Shown here in pieces: positions 1 through 12,270 of a DNA stretch of 64,000 nucleotides. The stretch covers positions 81,220,001 through 81,284,000 of the forward strand of contig NC_042998.1 in NCBI RefSeq assembly GCF_006345805.1, read 5' to 3'. Every line of letters starts with the position of its first letter. Position 1 is the stretch's first letter. The notes below the pieces were generated by a model, which saw nothing but the letters and a program-made list of their open reading frames with translations, did not search any database and was not told the DNA's origin. Source of the stretch: Octopus sinensis. Taxonomy: Eukaryota. The position numbers and the translations under genes were made by a program.

Positions 1-685
1 TCCACGTCAGCCAATACCATTCCATATCTTTACCTTTCCCTTGTGAATCTGTTATCGCAAGTAATTCAGAAAATATTCATTTTTCTAATAAACATGATTC
101 CAATTCTGTTTTTCATAGGTAGCTTTTCCCACCAGCGGAATTCAACGCAGCACAGGAGCAATTAAATTCTCGTATATTTTAAAATGCTAATGTCATATTA
201 CAATGATTAGGCTACCGAGCTGTATCAATATATATTTACCGTGGCACATAAGATGCACTTTTTTGCAAAAGCATCGTCTCTAGAAATCCATCTTGGTCCC
301 ACATGCAACGTTTGACCTATATTAGATGCTTTAACGCATCAAAAACACTTTCTTCCTGAATATGCGCTGCTTTTATGTTTCTTTTATGACGTCTCATACG
401 ATAGATGTTTCGGGCATTTTCACATTATGATATAACACAGCGTTGTGATTATTTCATAGATATATCACAGGTAATATCTATTACTAGAGATAAATCCAAA
501 GGAACTACTGCTCTAGCGCTCTGCAAAAAGTGCAGCGTCTCCCTATTCATTTTCACATCGATCAGTATCTACGGCCCTACAAGCCAACAAAGGAACTGCT
601 ATTGTTTCACTCGCTCTGCTACTGTTAGCAACTAAATATTCCTCAAATTATATCGTATTAATGTAAAACTAGAAAAGACATAATA

Positions 686-2002
686 CGAGGGGTGTAGGAA
701 AAGTTTTGAGACTAACTAGGAACGGGGCTGCTAGGTAACTGAAACATTTTTTTCAGGTACGTACAGTCTTTTCGGAGTATTCTTGCTCATTTTCATGATT
801 CTGATATTTTAATTTTTTTTTTGTTACAGATTTTTGAATAAACAAGTGTCGAGGTTACAAGGAAAATGGAGAAAGCTGAGTATCGCGCTGTCATAAAGTA
901 CCTTCATTTGAAAGGCATGACTCCATCAGAAATCCATGAAGATATGGTGAGAACCTTAGCAGACAATGCTCCTACATATGCAACATTCAAAAGCTGGGCA
1001 AATGAATTCCAGCGTGGCAGGGAGAGTGTGGAAGTTAATCCCACACCAGGGAGCCTCTAACTGCAACCACCAAGGACAACATTGATCTTGCTCTTGGTAT
1101 GATAATGCAAGATCATCGAATATCATGTCGCCAGAGAGCTGAGAGACTGGGCATCTCAAATGAATGAGCAGACAACATTGTGACAAAAGAACTTGGGTTC
1201 TCAAAGGTTTCAGCAAGGTGCGTCCCTCGCCTTTTGACTACTGAACAGAAACGTACCAAGTGCACTTTGTCCACGAGCAAACTGGAACTGTTTGAAGAGA
1301 ATTTCTTGCTCATTTCATTACTATTTGAAGAGAATTTTCTTGCTCGTTTCATTACTATGGACGAAAGATGGGTTCATCATTACCAGCCTTAAACCAGAGA
1401 ACAATCAAAGTAGTGGAAGCACACACATCTTCTCCTACTCCAAAGAAGGCCAGGTCATTACTTCAGCTGGCAAGGTCATGGCGTCAGTGTTTTGGGATTC
1501 TCAAGGTGTCTTGCTGATCGATTACCTTGAAAAGGGTCACACCGTGGGCAGGGCTGTATTATTCTTAGCTACTGTAATGCCTCCAGGAAGCAATCAAGAA
1601 AAAAAAGCCCGGAATGCTCACTAGAGGAGTCCTTTTTCATTACGACAATGCTCCAGGCCACACCTCAGTGGATGTCATGGTAACAATTCGTGATTGTGGA
1701 TACCAACTTGTTCGCCATCTGCCTTATTCACCAGACCTAGCCCCCTCTGACTTTCATATATTCCACAAAACGAAAAAAATCCCTGGCTGGTTGCCATTTT
1801 GCCACTGACAATGACGTCATAGGCACTGTAGGAAGTTTCTTAGAGTCTCAGACAAAAGAGTTCCGCTACGCCGGGATAATGGCACTTCAGCAACGCTGGA
1901 GAAAGTGTTCAGCCATCGAAGAGGAATATGTTGAAAAATAAATCATCAGAAGTCTTGTACTATTTTTTTTTTTGAGGCTCAAGGCTTTTCAGACACTCCT
2001 CG
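686..2002 (+). mobile_element. Full-length mariner (Tc1/mariner) DNA transposon, non-functional
   Basis: Imperfect TIRs CGAGGGGTGTAGGAAAAGTTTTGAG (from 686) and, reverse-complemented, CGAGGAGTGTCTGAAAAGCCTTGAG (ending 2002). TA at 684-685 and 2003-2004. Length 1317 bp. Confidence 0.95.
866..1941 (+). pseudogene. Mariner transposase pseudogene
   Basis: Fragments in shifting frames: N-terminal HTH (MEKAEYRAVIKYL), CVPRLLT (WVPREL-like), ITMDERWVHHY, FHYDNAPGH, YSPDLAPSDF. Stops, frameshifts and a 33/34-bp internal tandem duplication at 1291-1357. Confidence 0.93.
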
Positions 2003-5000
2003 TAGATAGCGTACTTCCAGAAATGCTACGTATGAACAAACAGAGGACACAATGACAGGTGTATTGCCTTTGCCAATAGATATGTTAAGCTCGATCATAG
2101 TTGAACTAAGATCCAGAAAAAGAACAGCAACAACGAGTTCAATAACATACAGAAATAGACTAAAGAGACAGTAGGAAGTGTCCAAATCTTTTATGTGTCC
2201 AAACCTTTACAATTCATCAATATAAGACTCAGTTACGACATATCTGGATCAAGTGGCTATGAGTTGCACCTGTAACTTTGAAAAAATACTTGTGTTGCAC
2301 GGGTCACCGCGACCAACACTGACCTGAAGTTATGCAACTGAAACTACAACAGAAAAGTCTTGAACATTACCAACAGCGAAACAGCATGGTAAGCGGTGAG
2401 CTGTTGTCTTTTACTCTGAATTTTTGTATACTTTCTTCATTGTGAAATTATTATCCTCTTGTGTGCTTGAAACTGCATATTTTCTATTGGAAACCTGTGA
2501 TTTATGCAGCTACTTGTAATGTTCATTTATCTGCATATTTATCAACGGTGGCGAATCACAACGCCACTACCATGTCTTTTCAAATATACATATATTTAAG
2601 TTTATTCGGTAATAATTCTGCAATAAATTCTTCATCTCAATTTTATAATTGAATATATAAATATTATCAGTTGTTATTTTTGATTATATTTTAAATAGTG
2701 CCAACATATTTTAATATATGTTCAGGAATATTTGGAAAGGTAGATTTACATAAACAGTTATATTTCGGACACAGTTCTGACAAACCTCCAATTCATTAAG
2801 TGTTCAAATTCCTCTGGTAACCAAGATGTTTTATATTTCCATATTTCTACTGAAAGTTGATCAGTAAATTGTGAATCTACAAATGTGTATACTAGGTATG
2901 TAGTGAGCTTAATTCAAACCTGGTTTCTCCCTTCCTACAATGCTGTTTCGTGATGTGTTAAGCTGAGACACCATTACTATTTCAGTTTATCTACATAATA
3001 CCTAAGGGTAATTCTTGATGATATAGCTAAAGCCAGTAGTTGTTCGCTTTATTCCATAATAATCCACCGACGTCACGTAGACTGACTGCTTATGTATTTT
3101 TGTGTGTCATTGTAAATGCCTAAGTTCAGGATATTGTTTATCTTAGTCTGCATTATATTATCTATAGTGAGCCTATTTTTGAAGATCATTGCTCTTTTAA
3201 ATCTTCACATCTCACATACCTTAAACACATCACTCCTTCTGTCTCTCTATCTCTTTTCCCCTTTCTCTTTTTTCTTCCTCTCTTCTTTTTCTTCTTTCGA
3301 CCCTTTGTTTATTTGTTTCTCTCTTTTTTTTTCCAAGTTCTGTCTGCATTTCCTTTTTGGTTTTCACACGTTATCTGATTCTTTCTAAGCTAACTCGCAG
3401 ATAGTTTCGATCAGTTTTCCTATTTTACCATCTATCGTTTGGGCATTCTCATATCTTATCTCTTTTTCAGGATGTGAAGAATTTTAAAAACAAAAATTTC
3501 TGATATATTGATCTGAGTATAACATACATTTGAGAAAAATAGGAACTACGCAAGTTTCATGTTGGTAAGCACTTAAAAAATCTATATACTTTACACCAAT
3601 ACTATCAAATATTGTATCATAGTAAAGTATACAGGATATTCTTTAGCAAGAATTATTCCTGTTTTTTTCTTTGCTGTTGCTGTCTATAGCTAATTTCTAC
3701 CTGCAGATAATTTGAAGGCTGTAAAACATCTTAGTTATGTATTTCTTCAGAGAATATCAATTTATGATTTCTATATCACACATTAAATATATTTTTTATT
3801 TGTTTCTATTAACTTACTAGAATGTATATAAATTACGTAGATGTTATTTTCAGTAATATGTGAGGATAATATACTAACTATTGATTGTATCCACTAGCAA
3901 AAGAAAAATAATGTACATACGTGGTAGCGTAGAAAACAACATGATTCGCAAGTTAGTTATTTATGGTATTCTCAATAGGAGAGGAGTAATTACGGAAAAT
4001 GCAATAAAATACTGGCAGTCTAATAAATGCAATAGCAATACCTGCCGTGGAATGTAATGCAGATGGCACTAAACCGGATGTGTTACTCAGGTTCAATTTC
4101 CGGTGGCAGCTGTTTCATTTTTTTCGAGTAATACGTTTTAGAAAGATATAGAAGATGAAAATACCACCCTTCAGTGACTTAATTTAACTAGGATGAAAAG
4201 CAATAGTCTTGTATATGAGATGACTAAAATCTAGCAAATCGTATAACGTCAGTTGGTAGTCAAATTATTGTCTTTTTTTTTACAAATTACACTCCTTTAC
4301 TAATAAATACAAAGTAACATAGCAGAAAATTAATGGTTGGTAATCCTGAAGTTGATAAGGTTGATGTTGCTGATGTGTATAATGATGGTTAGTCTTAAAA
4401 TAGATTTGTTCGTTGAGGTACCACTTCAAAATTTTCAGTGTATTCAGAGCAAAACCGATTGGTGAAATCCATCTTTTTCCAAGTTTGTTTTGGAAGGAGG
4501 AATTGAACTGTGATTTACTTGTGTATATTGATAATAATATGCTTAATGTGATAATTCTACATCTGTTAATTGCAATAATACATATTATTTCAATATTTTT
4601 TATTCTGAGGGTGGTGGGTTGACAAAATCAATAGAGATTAAGGGGAAATATATAGCTAGATTTTTTTTTATGTTTTGAGTTCAAATCCTGCAGAGGTTAC
4701 ATTTGCTCTTTAATCTATTTGTGTTCAATTAAGTACCAGTAGCAGAATCGATACAATCAACTATTGTTTTCCCCCAGAGTCAATTACAGATCTTATGCCT
4801 GTTAGAAGCGGATACATATCCGTCTATATTGATGATGTTAACTACAATGTTATTGATGTTTCTACTGATACTGTTTTCTATTTCTTTATATCTCTTTATA
4901 CTTATAATATTTGTTTCTATATCATATCTGGATAAAGCTCACTAACCTTGATTTCTAAAGGATCACCTGAGTGATGACTGATCTTACCATAACGAGTAGG

Positions 5001-5711
5001 ACAGCTGTGGCTCTTGAATTTAATAGAATGTATAAACGAGATTAGGGCTCAATGTATTCACTATGTAAATATATCTAATCCGAAGGGAAGCATAAAATCG
5101 ATTCGTTGCTTCTAACACTCTATTGCATTTACTTGCACCAAATATTGATCCATTATATAGGTATATAATCATTCACTAGAGTAAAACTGAATCAGGTATT
5201 CTGTAAATCATTAAATTTGCTTCCTACTGGCTTGTAGTATCACAGAAGTAAAATGTATCATCATAACTTTGTGTTGTGGGAGCAACACATGAGAACTGCG
5301 TTTTCATCCATCTAATCCAAAATATATCGGTCAAAAAAGGAGTTTCTGATGGAAGAAATTAAATCAAGTGCAATAAAATGCACAAGTCGTTATAGCATCT
5401 CGTGAAATATTTTGTGGCATATATTCTGGCTTCTGGCGATCTGCGTTCGAATCTCACAGTAGTCAAATTCATCATTCCGGAGTCGATGAATAATGTACTA
5501 AACTACGTCGGAAGAAATTCGAAATCTAGAGCATCGAACCACATGCTATTTAGGTATTGCTTTTACCGTTTTTTTTGTAGTCTGTGTTCAAATTTCACAT
5601 TTGCCTACTTAACACGTCATATACAGTTAATTTGATACCTTGTTTGACACCACAATCCCGGTCATTCGGTGTATTTATAAGAGTTAACACAGTTGAATGT
5701 ATTGTGGTTAC

Positions 5712-5792
5712 CAGTTAGAAAGAGCTTCTTCCATCAACTCGCTTCTACCAGTTTCGTAGCCTTTGTAAAAGATTATGGACTCTGTCTTCATC
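5712..5792 (-). CDS. Candidate isolated exon, product unknown
   Basis: Long polypyrimidine tract and cag acceptor, 81 nt, TG|GTAACC donor. One frame is open throughout (MKTESIIFYKGYETGRSELMEEALSNW); another reads DEDRVHNLLQRLRNW-stop. No recognisable homology. Confidence 0.3.
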
Positions 5793-5967
5793 CTGAATGA
5801 AAAATAAACAGAAAAATAATAGACACTACAATTCCTCGGCGATTGAGAAAATAAAATACTGTTTAAGTACTGGGGGTGGGGGTCGGCGGTATCGATTAAT
5901 TCCATTCTCGTAAAATTGGTGGCCTTCTGCCTACATTAGGAACTGTCATTTACCTCTTACCAAAAAT

Positions 5968-6170
5968 GGTGAGCTTGCAAAATCGTTATCGTGCCGGACA
6001 AAAATGCTTAGCGGCATTGCTTTGGGTTAAAGTGCTGCCAAGTTCGACGTTGTTTTTTATTCCTCTGGTATCGGTGCTAAGCTACCAGCTTAGCGCTAAG
6101 CTACTGGCTTAGCACCGGCATCAATGTAATCGACTTTCCGCTCCTAAAATTACCGGCGTTTTACCAAAAT
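5968..6170 (+). mobile_element. Degenerate tRNA-derived SINE (family 1)
   Basis: GTGAGCTTGCAAAATCGTTATCGTGCCGGACAAAAATGCTTAGCGG resembles the family-1 head seen intact at 49995 and 59060. Confidence 0.6.
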
Positions 6171-6854
6171 TTGAAACTGTCATTAATAGGCTGTCAGCTG
6201 CACACAACGGTAAACTGTTGCGATTTTACAGACACACACATCTATTCGAGACAGTCCGGGTCAAGGCGTCCAAACAGTATAATCTGAGGTGATTTATACG
6301 AAACGTAAATAACAAGGCAGATTTTTTTTGTTTTGTTTTAACTAAACAGCCATAAAATAATTTTCAGAAACAATGAATGTATACCTACAATTCAATGTAT
6401 CATCTATCATAGTTATTACAACTTGCCGAACGTAACTTGTTCTTAGCAAATCTAATAGAAAGGAAATAATGTCATTACTTGAGAACAATTTAGTCATTCT
6501 CTTTTACTCTCTTTCATTCTGAATTAATGAATTTGTAGGTTACAGCAACACTCATTTTATATACGTTCACAAACGCGCAACCAGCTCCGGCTCTAGTAAT
6601 ATAGACGTTATTGGTCGTAGAAACAGTGTGGTTTTGGTTAATAATCAAACATTCTTTCACTTGTGCTACAATTCAGTGTTATTCGAAGCGAGTTTTCTCG
6701 CCTGGTCTCGGACATTCGGTGCTTTTTAACACTCAGTATCGTGTAGGGAGATTTCCCCGGACACTATGCAGAAGCAAAGGGGTGAATAAATAAAATACAT
6801 ACATTATATATGTTGCGACTGATAATGTTTACATTATTAGTGATGTAATAAGAA

Positions 6855-7100
6855 GATTGCTTCTCAACTACATGGTTCTGGGTTCAGTTCTATAACGTAG
6901 CAGAAAAGTCGGTTCTATTTATATATATATATGTATATGTATACTGTATTCGTCACCCCACCACCGTTTGACAACAAGTGCCGATGTGCTTACGTCCCCG
7001 CAACGTAGCGGTTCGACTATAGAGACCGATAAAAATACTAGGCTTTAAAAAAATAATCCTCGGGTTCGATTTATTCGACAAAAACTCTTCAACAAGTAAA
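6855..7100 (+). mobile_element. Degenerate tRNA-derived SINE (family 2)
   Basis: Head AAGAAGATTGCTTCTCAACTACATGGTTCTGGGTTCAGT, internal (TA)n, and body GACAACAAGTGCCGATGTGCTTACGTCCCCG matching copies at 31328-31690 and 52365-52570. Confidence 0.7.
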
Positions 7101-7309
7101 AGAAAAAATCCATACAAATATACATTACATGGTGGCTGCCCCCTCGTTATCGAGTATGGCCATTGTACGAAGCTTAATCAATGTTGTTATCGTGCAATGC
7201 CTGTGCAAGAAGATGTTTTTTAAAGTGAGGGAAGGCTGTGCACTGAGTCAATCTCACTCACTAAGCAACAGCAGCCATAATCCAAAAAGAAGAACAAGTC
7301 AAAATCATC

Positions 7310-7797
<488 letters not shown>

Positions 7798-7799
7798 CT

Positions 7800-8345
7800 A
7801 CCGTAACATATCAGTATGTGAAAGTATGAGTGTATATCAGCAGAAGACCATGCATGGATATGTAAGTAGATAGCTCCTAGATAGCAGTAATAGTGATCAT
7901 GAAAGCAGTCTATCATGAACCAACAAGCAGATTACTAATTTCCACTTTGAAGGGTATGTGTTTGCAATCCAGAAACAGGAAATATCAACCAAATACCTGA
8001 TGCACAAAAGGGATAGAGATGCAGGAGATGCAGTAATGTGACAGCCGATGCAGACTTTGTGAACTATTGAGGAATCTGCAATTACTCTATCCAGATTACA
8101 AGTTTAGGTTTATACCTGTAATTATTGGGACACTGGGATACGCAACACAATGCCTAAATACCAATCTTGAGAAATTTGCCTTCTCAAAATCAGAAAGGAG
8201 AAATCTGATTCGAAAACTACAAATCCAATCCATCGCTGGAACCGACAAAATTCGTATAACTTTCCAGAAGTTTATCGTGTAAGTATATATGAGCACGTCT
8301 AGATATGCAACTATATGCATGAAAATACATATATAAAACAAAACA
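7800..8345 (+). mobile_element. R4/Dong-like RLE LINE 3' fragment with internal deletion, between TACA tracts
   Basis: EGYVFAIQKQEISTKYL followed by decayed CRLC, then FIPVIIGTLG...RKLQIQSIAGT..FQKFIV-stop (8282). (TACA)n on both sides. Confidence 0.8.
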
Positions 8346-8359
8346 TACGAATGTGCAAA

Positions 8360-8425
8360 TATACATACATACATACATACATACATACATACATACATAC
8401 ATACATACATACGTACTTACATACA
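8360..8425. repeat. (TACA)n microsatellite
   Basis: Directly visible. Confidence 0.95.
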
Positions 8426-9615
8426 AAAATACCGTGTTGAAATTACAATGAAGTATCCTTGGATCTAGGTTAGAAACCTGTCCTTTCTCTATTGGCAAGA
8501 AATCTTGAAATTAAACTGAATAGTGATATACATGTTGGTCTTATTTAGACATTAATAGGATATTTAACTTTTTATTTTGAGAAGGTGTAGGTGAAATTTC
8601 AGATTTCAATCCAATATTTGATCGTCTGTGTTTGCTAGGTGTGCCCGCTTTTAGGTAATGGGTTTTCAAGGATTGACGAGAACTGTTGGCATTTATATTA
8701 TAGGATTGTTCTGAAATGATTTATGTTTATCGCAATACGATGCGTTCCATGCGTTCCGTATTAGAATCATTCTTAATAATCCACAAGCAATCATTCACTT
8801 CTTTCGACAACGAAATCATCCGAGCCTCCACCTTTACTGAATGAGTGATAGTAATTATGTCTGTATTTACACTTTTTCTTGTTTCAGTATCACCACCACT
8901 CAGTGTTCAACACGCCAAAATTGCCTCTCAACACTCATTTAAGGTGTGTTTTCTTAATTTTAACGGAATGTAATTACGATTATCTTGACACCAATGAAGA
9001 ACAGAATACCCATTGCGGCATTAACCAAACTAGGCAAGCATAGCCTTTCAGCATGAATTTTAGATGGTTTTCTGAATTTCTCGAACTGCTATTGCCATTA
9101 TCTTCACACAGTGAAGAACATAATGATTATTACGTAATTAGCCAACGATGTTTCCGAAATTTGCAAGGCATACACACATTATATTTGCAACGCTTATTCC
9201 AGCAGTATGAGAGTCCCTTAAGATTTCTTTGTCTATACCTTTTTCGTATTCTTGCTTCCCAAATTTTCTTCACTCATTTTATAATATCTGTATTTTGTCG
9301 TCAACTTTTCTGTTTGTTTCCATAAGAAGGCGAGCATTAAGCAATGAGAGCCCACGCTGTTCATTCGTTTTCTTAACTATAAAATATGTATTACATAGTT
9401 CTATTCATTGATTATTCTCTAAACTTAAAGTAAGTGTTGAACGTAAATGTATGTAAAATATGTGTGCATGTGTATCCGTGCATGTGCCTTCTAAATATGT
9501 TCTGGCAGATACGAACATGGCTGTCAGCCAGAATGAATTAGGAATGCATACATACGTTATTGTTCGCATTCTCACTGTTCTGCGTGCACTTCATGATTTA
9601 ATATCTGTTTTGCAG

Positions 9616-9772
9616 ATATCAGCATGAATCAGCAAATAAGTTTACTCTAATCGAAGTTTTATCCAATATGGTCAAAACAGTGTTGTACCTCAAATTTCCC
9701 TTAAGAACGTTAGATCGCGCCGCATGGTACTTAGTTGATGAAAGCAACAACGAGACATTCACGTTCGAATGA
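9616..9772 (+). CDS. Candidate terminal exon, product unknown
   Basis: ctgttttgcag acceptor, then a 51-codon open frame (YQHESANKFTLIEVLSNMVKTVLYLKFPLRTLDRAAWYLVDESNNETFTFE) ending at TGA. No recognised domain. Confidence 0.25.
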
Positions 9773-9785
9773 GCCAGAACGTATT

Positions 9786-10184
9786 TTTTTCTACTGTAGG
9801 CACAAGGCCGGAAATTTTGGGGGAGGGCGCCAGTCCATTAGAACAACCCCAGTACACAAATGGTGTACGTAATTTATCGACCCCAAAAGGATGAAAGGCA
9901 AAGTCGACCTCGGCAAAATTTGAACTCAGAACGGAAAGACAGACGAAATACCTGTTTCTTTATTACCCACAAGGGGCTAAACATAGAGGGGACAAACAAG
10001 GAGAGACAAACGGATTAAGTCGATTATATCGACTGCTGTGCGTAACTGGTACTTAATTTATCGACCCCGAAAGGATGAAAGGCAAAATCGACCCTGGTGG
10101 AATTTGAACTCAGAACGTAGCGGCAGACGAAATACTGCAAAGCATTTCGTTCGGCGTGCTAACGTTTCTGCCAGCTCGCCGCCT
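9786..10184 (-). mobile_element. Dimeric family-1 SINE (head-body-tail B plus headless body-tail A)
   Basis: Two bodies (GGATGAAAGGCAAAGTCGACC..GAATTTGAACTCAGAACG). One flanking 16-bp direct repeat: TGAGCCAGAACGTATT (9770-9785) and TGAGCCAGAACATATT (10185-10200). Confidence 0.85.
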
Positions 10185-10223
10185 TGAGCCAGAACATATT
10201 AAGAATGAACAGATAAGTTATTG

Positions 10224-10254
<31 letters not shown>

Positions 10255-10290
10255 GAAGAAGAAGAAGAAGAAGAAGAATAGTAATAGTAA

Positions 10291-10505
10291 TCCTTTCTAC
10301 TATAGGCACAAGGCCTGAAATTTTGGGGGAGGGGACTAATCGATTACATCAACCCCAGTGCTTCACTGGTACTTAATTTATCGACCTCGAAAGGATGAAA
10401 AGCAAGGTCGACCTTGACGGAATTTGAACTCAGAACGTAGCGGCAGACGAAATACCGATAAGCATTTCCCATGGCGTGTTAACGATTCTGCCGGCTCGCA
10501 GCCTT
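10291..10505 (-). mobile_element. Full-length family-1 tRNA-derived SINE
   Basis: B-box GAGTTCAAATTCC on the minus strand, AGGCCTTGTGCC tail, embedded in TAA repeats. Confidence 0.9.
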
Positions 10506-10506
10506 A

Positions 10507-10550
<44 letters not shown>

Positions 10551-11215
10551 GCCGGCCCAAAAGCACTACAAAAGGAGACACGATAACGTGGCTAAATTCA
10601 AACATTGGAGGCTTTGTGAAAAGTACGGCCTGAACAGGGCACAAAAACAATATGATCATGAATCAGAAGGAGTCACCGAAAACGAGAAATATAAGATACT
10701 GTGGGATTTTATAATCCAATGTGACTCCCTAATCGAAGATCGGAGACCAGATATTGTTGTGGTAAATAAAGGTAAAATGGAAGCCAAGATTATAGATATT
10801 CTAATACTTGGAGATGCACTCATAAGTGACAAAGGACTAGAAAAGATTGAAAAATACAGACTATTAAAAGACGAAATCGCAAGAATGTGGACTATGAGAA
10901 GAGTGTCATTCCACTAGTTGTAGGGGCACTCGGAGTACTAACAACCAAGTTCGCAAAGTACGTCAGAGAACTTGGAATTGATATGGTACGAGCAGAGTAG
11001 GCTCCAAAAACTGCTTCTGAGGACAGCTAGGATTTTGAGATTGGTAATTGGATGTTGAATGTCTCTCACAATAATTAACAATCAAGTAGCAAAGCTTATA
11101 ATGTCCAGAAAGAGACCCTCTGAGACCTCTGATGGCAGGTTACTGTCCGCTCTCGCAGAATCTACCAGAACAAACAAGATCGAGTACACTGAGAAGTAAA
11201 ACATTATCATTATTA
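10551..11215 (+). mobile_element. R4/Dong RLE LINE 3' fragment (A)
   Basis: HYKRRHDNVA..HWRLC, ILWDFIIQCD, RRPDIVVV, EKIEKY..LKDEIARMW, then 3'UTR. (TAA)n on both sides. Confidence 0.9.
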
Positions 11216-11235
11216 AAATAATAATAATAATAATG

Positions 11236-11287
<52 letters not shown>

Positions 11288-11337
11288 CAACAACAACAAC
11301 AACAACAACAAAAACAACAACAACAATAGTAATAATA

Positions 11338-12144
11338 TACGAAGCCCAGTATACCCATCATGACTACCCGTCTGATAAGGTTACACCACGCACATGCATT
11401 ACAACCATATGTGCGCGATATAGTGATCTCATATCAATATAAACAGCACATGACCTTGCAGGTGGGACCCAGTTAGAATTTTCTTCAAGGTGAGTAGCCC
11501 ATACTCTCAAATGGTTCCCGAATAAGGCTTGTTTAAGGATGAGGAACAAAACACCCATGTTTCCAAAGGTGAATGATCCAAATCCCAAATAATTCCTCTC
11601 AACACCTGGCTATGATGCTCCCCCACTACTTCTGTTCGTGATCAGAGATACACATATAGTCAGCGACTAAGGGACATGCTCCACTGTTTAAGGTCAAATA
11701 AATGTCATGCAAATCTGTGGTATTGAGCAGAATATTAGCTCGAGCACCATCCAAAGTATTTCAGCGATTTCAAGCAATGCTGCTCTACAAGTGCTCCACC
11801 CTTATTGCAGCCCTTATTTGTTCCATGTACTTCTCAAAATTTTTACTCATTGTTCCCAGAACTCCGACAATTATTGGTACTGCTATCACCATTTACATCA
11901 ACTACAGCTGCTTAACCTCCCAAGTTAACCTGTTATAACTATTGACTTCTCTTTCTTCCTTATCGCATACCTTGTCAGCTGGGCATAATATATCTATGAT
12001 CCAGCATCGTTTGCTTTCTTTCTCAATTAACACTATGCTTGGTTTCCTATTCTCTATATTGAGCAGAATATTTGTTGTAGCCCATCTTGTATACCAAGAC
12101 AAAATATATACATGATAACACTTCCAATCAGCTAAGATCAGAAG

Positions 12145-12145
<1 letters not shown>
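11338..12145. mobile_element. Non-coding ~550-bp TAA-associated repeat (copy 1), interrupted by a LINE fragment
   Basis: Colinear with the copy at 17037-17590 apart from the insert at 11737-12056. Confidence 0.85.
11737..12056 (-). mobile_element. R4/Dong RLE fragment (B) inserted in the 550-bp repeat
   Basis: RKPSIVLIEKESKRCWIIDI.CPAD and PIIVGVLG. Flanked by TATTGAGCAGAATATT at 11721-11736 and 12057-12072. Confidence 0.85.
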
Positions 12146-12176
<31 letters not shown>

Positions 12177-12270
12177 TAGTTTTATTTTTATAGCGTGCTT
12201 TCACTTCACTACCGAGCGCAGCTCTGTGTGCCTTGGGTATGTGCTGTGATTTGTTGTGATGCTCTGATGG

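Noticed and set aside
1-650. Protein-like wording in one minus-strand frame
   Set aside because: Stop density is about what AT-rich DNA gives by chance, and no motif is recognisable.
3471-3564. ag/gtaag-bounded segment
   Set aside because: Closed in all frames; could be a UTR exon, but there is no supporting evidence.
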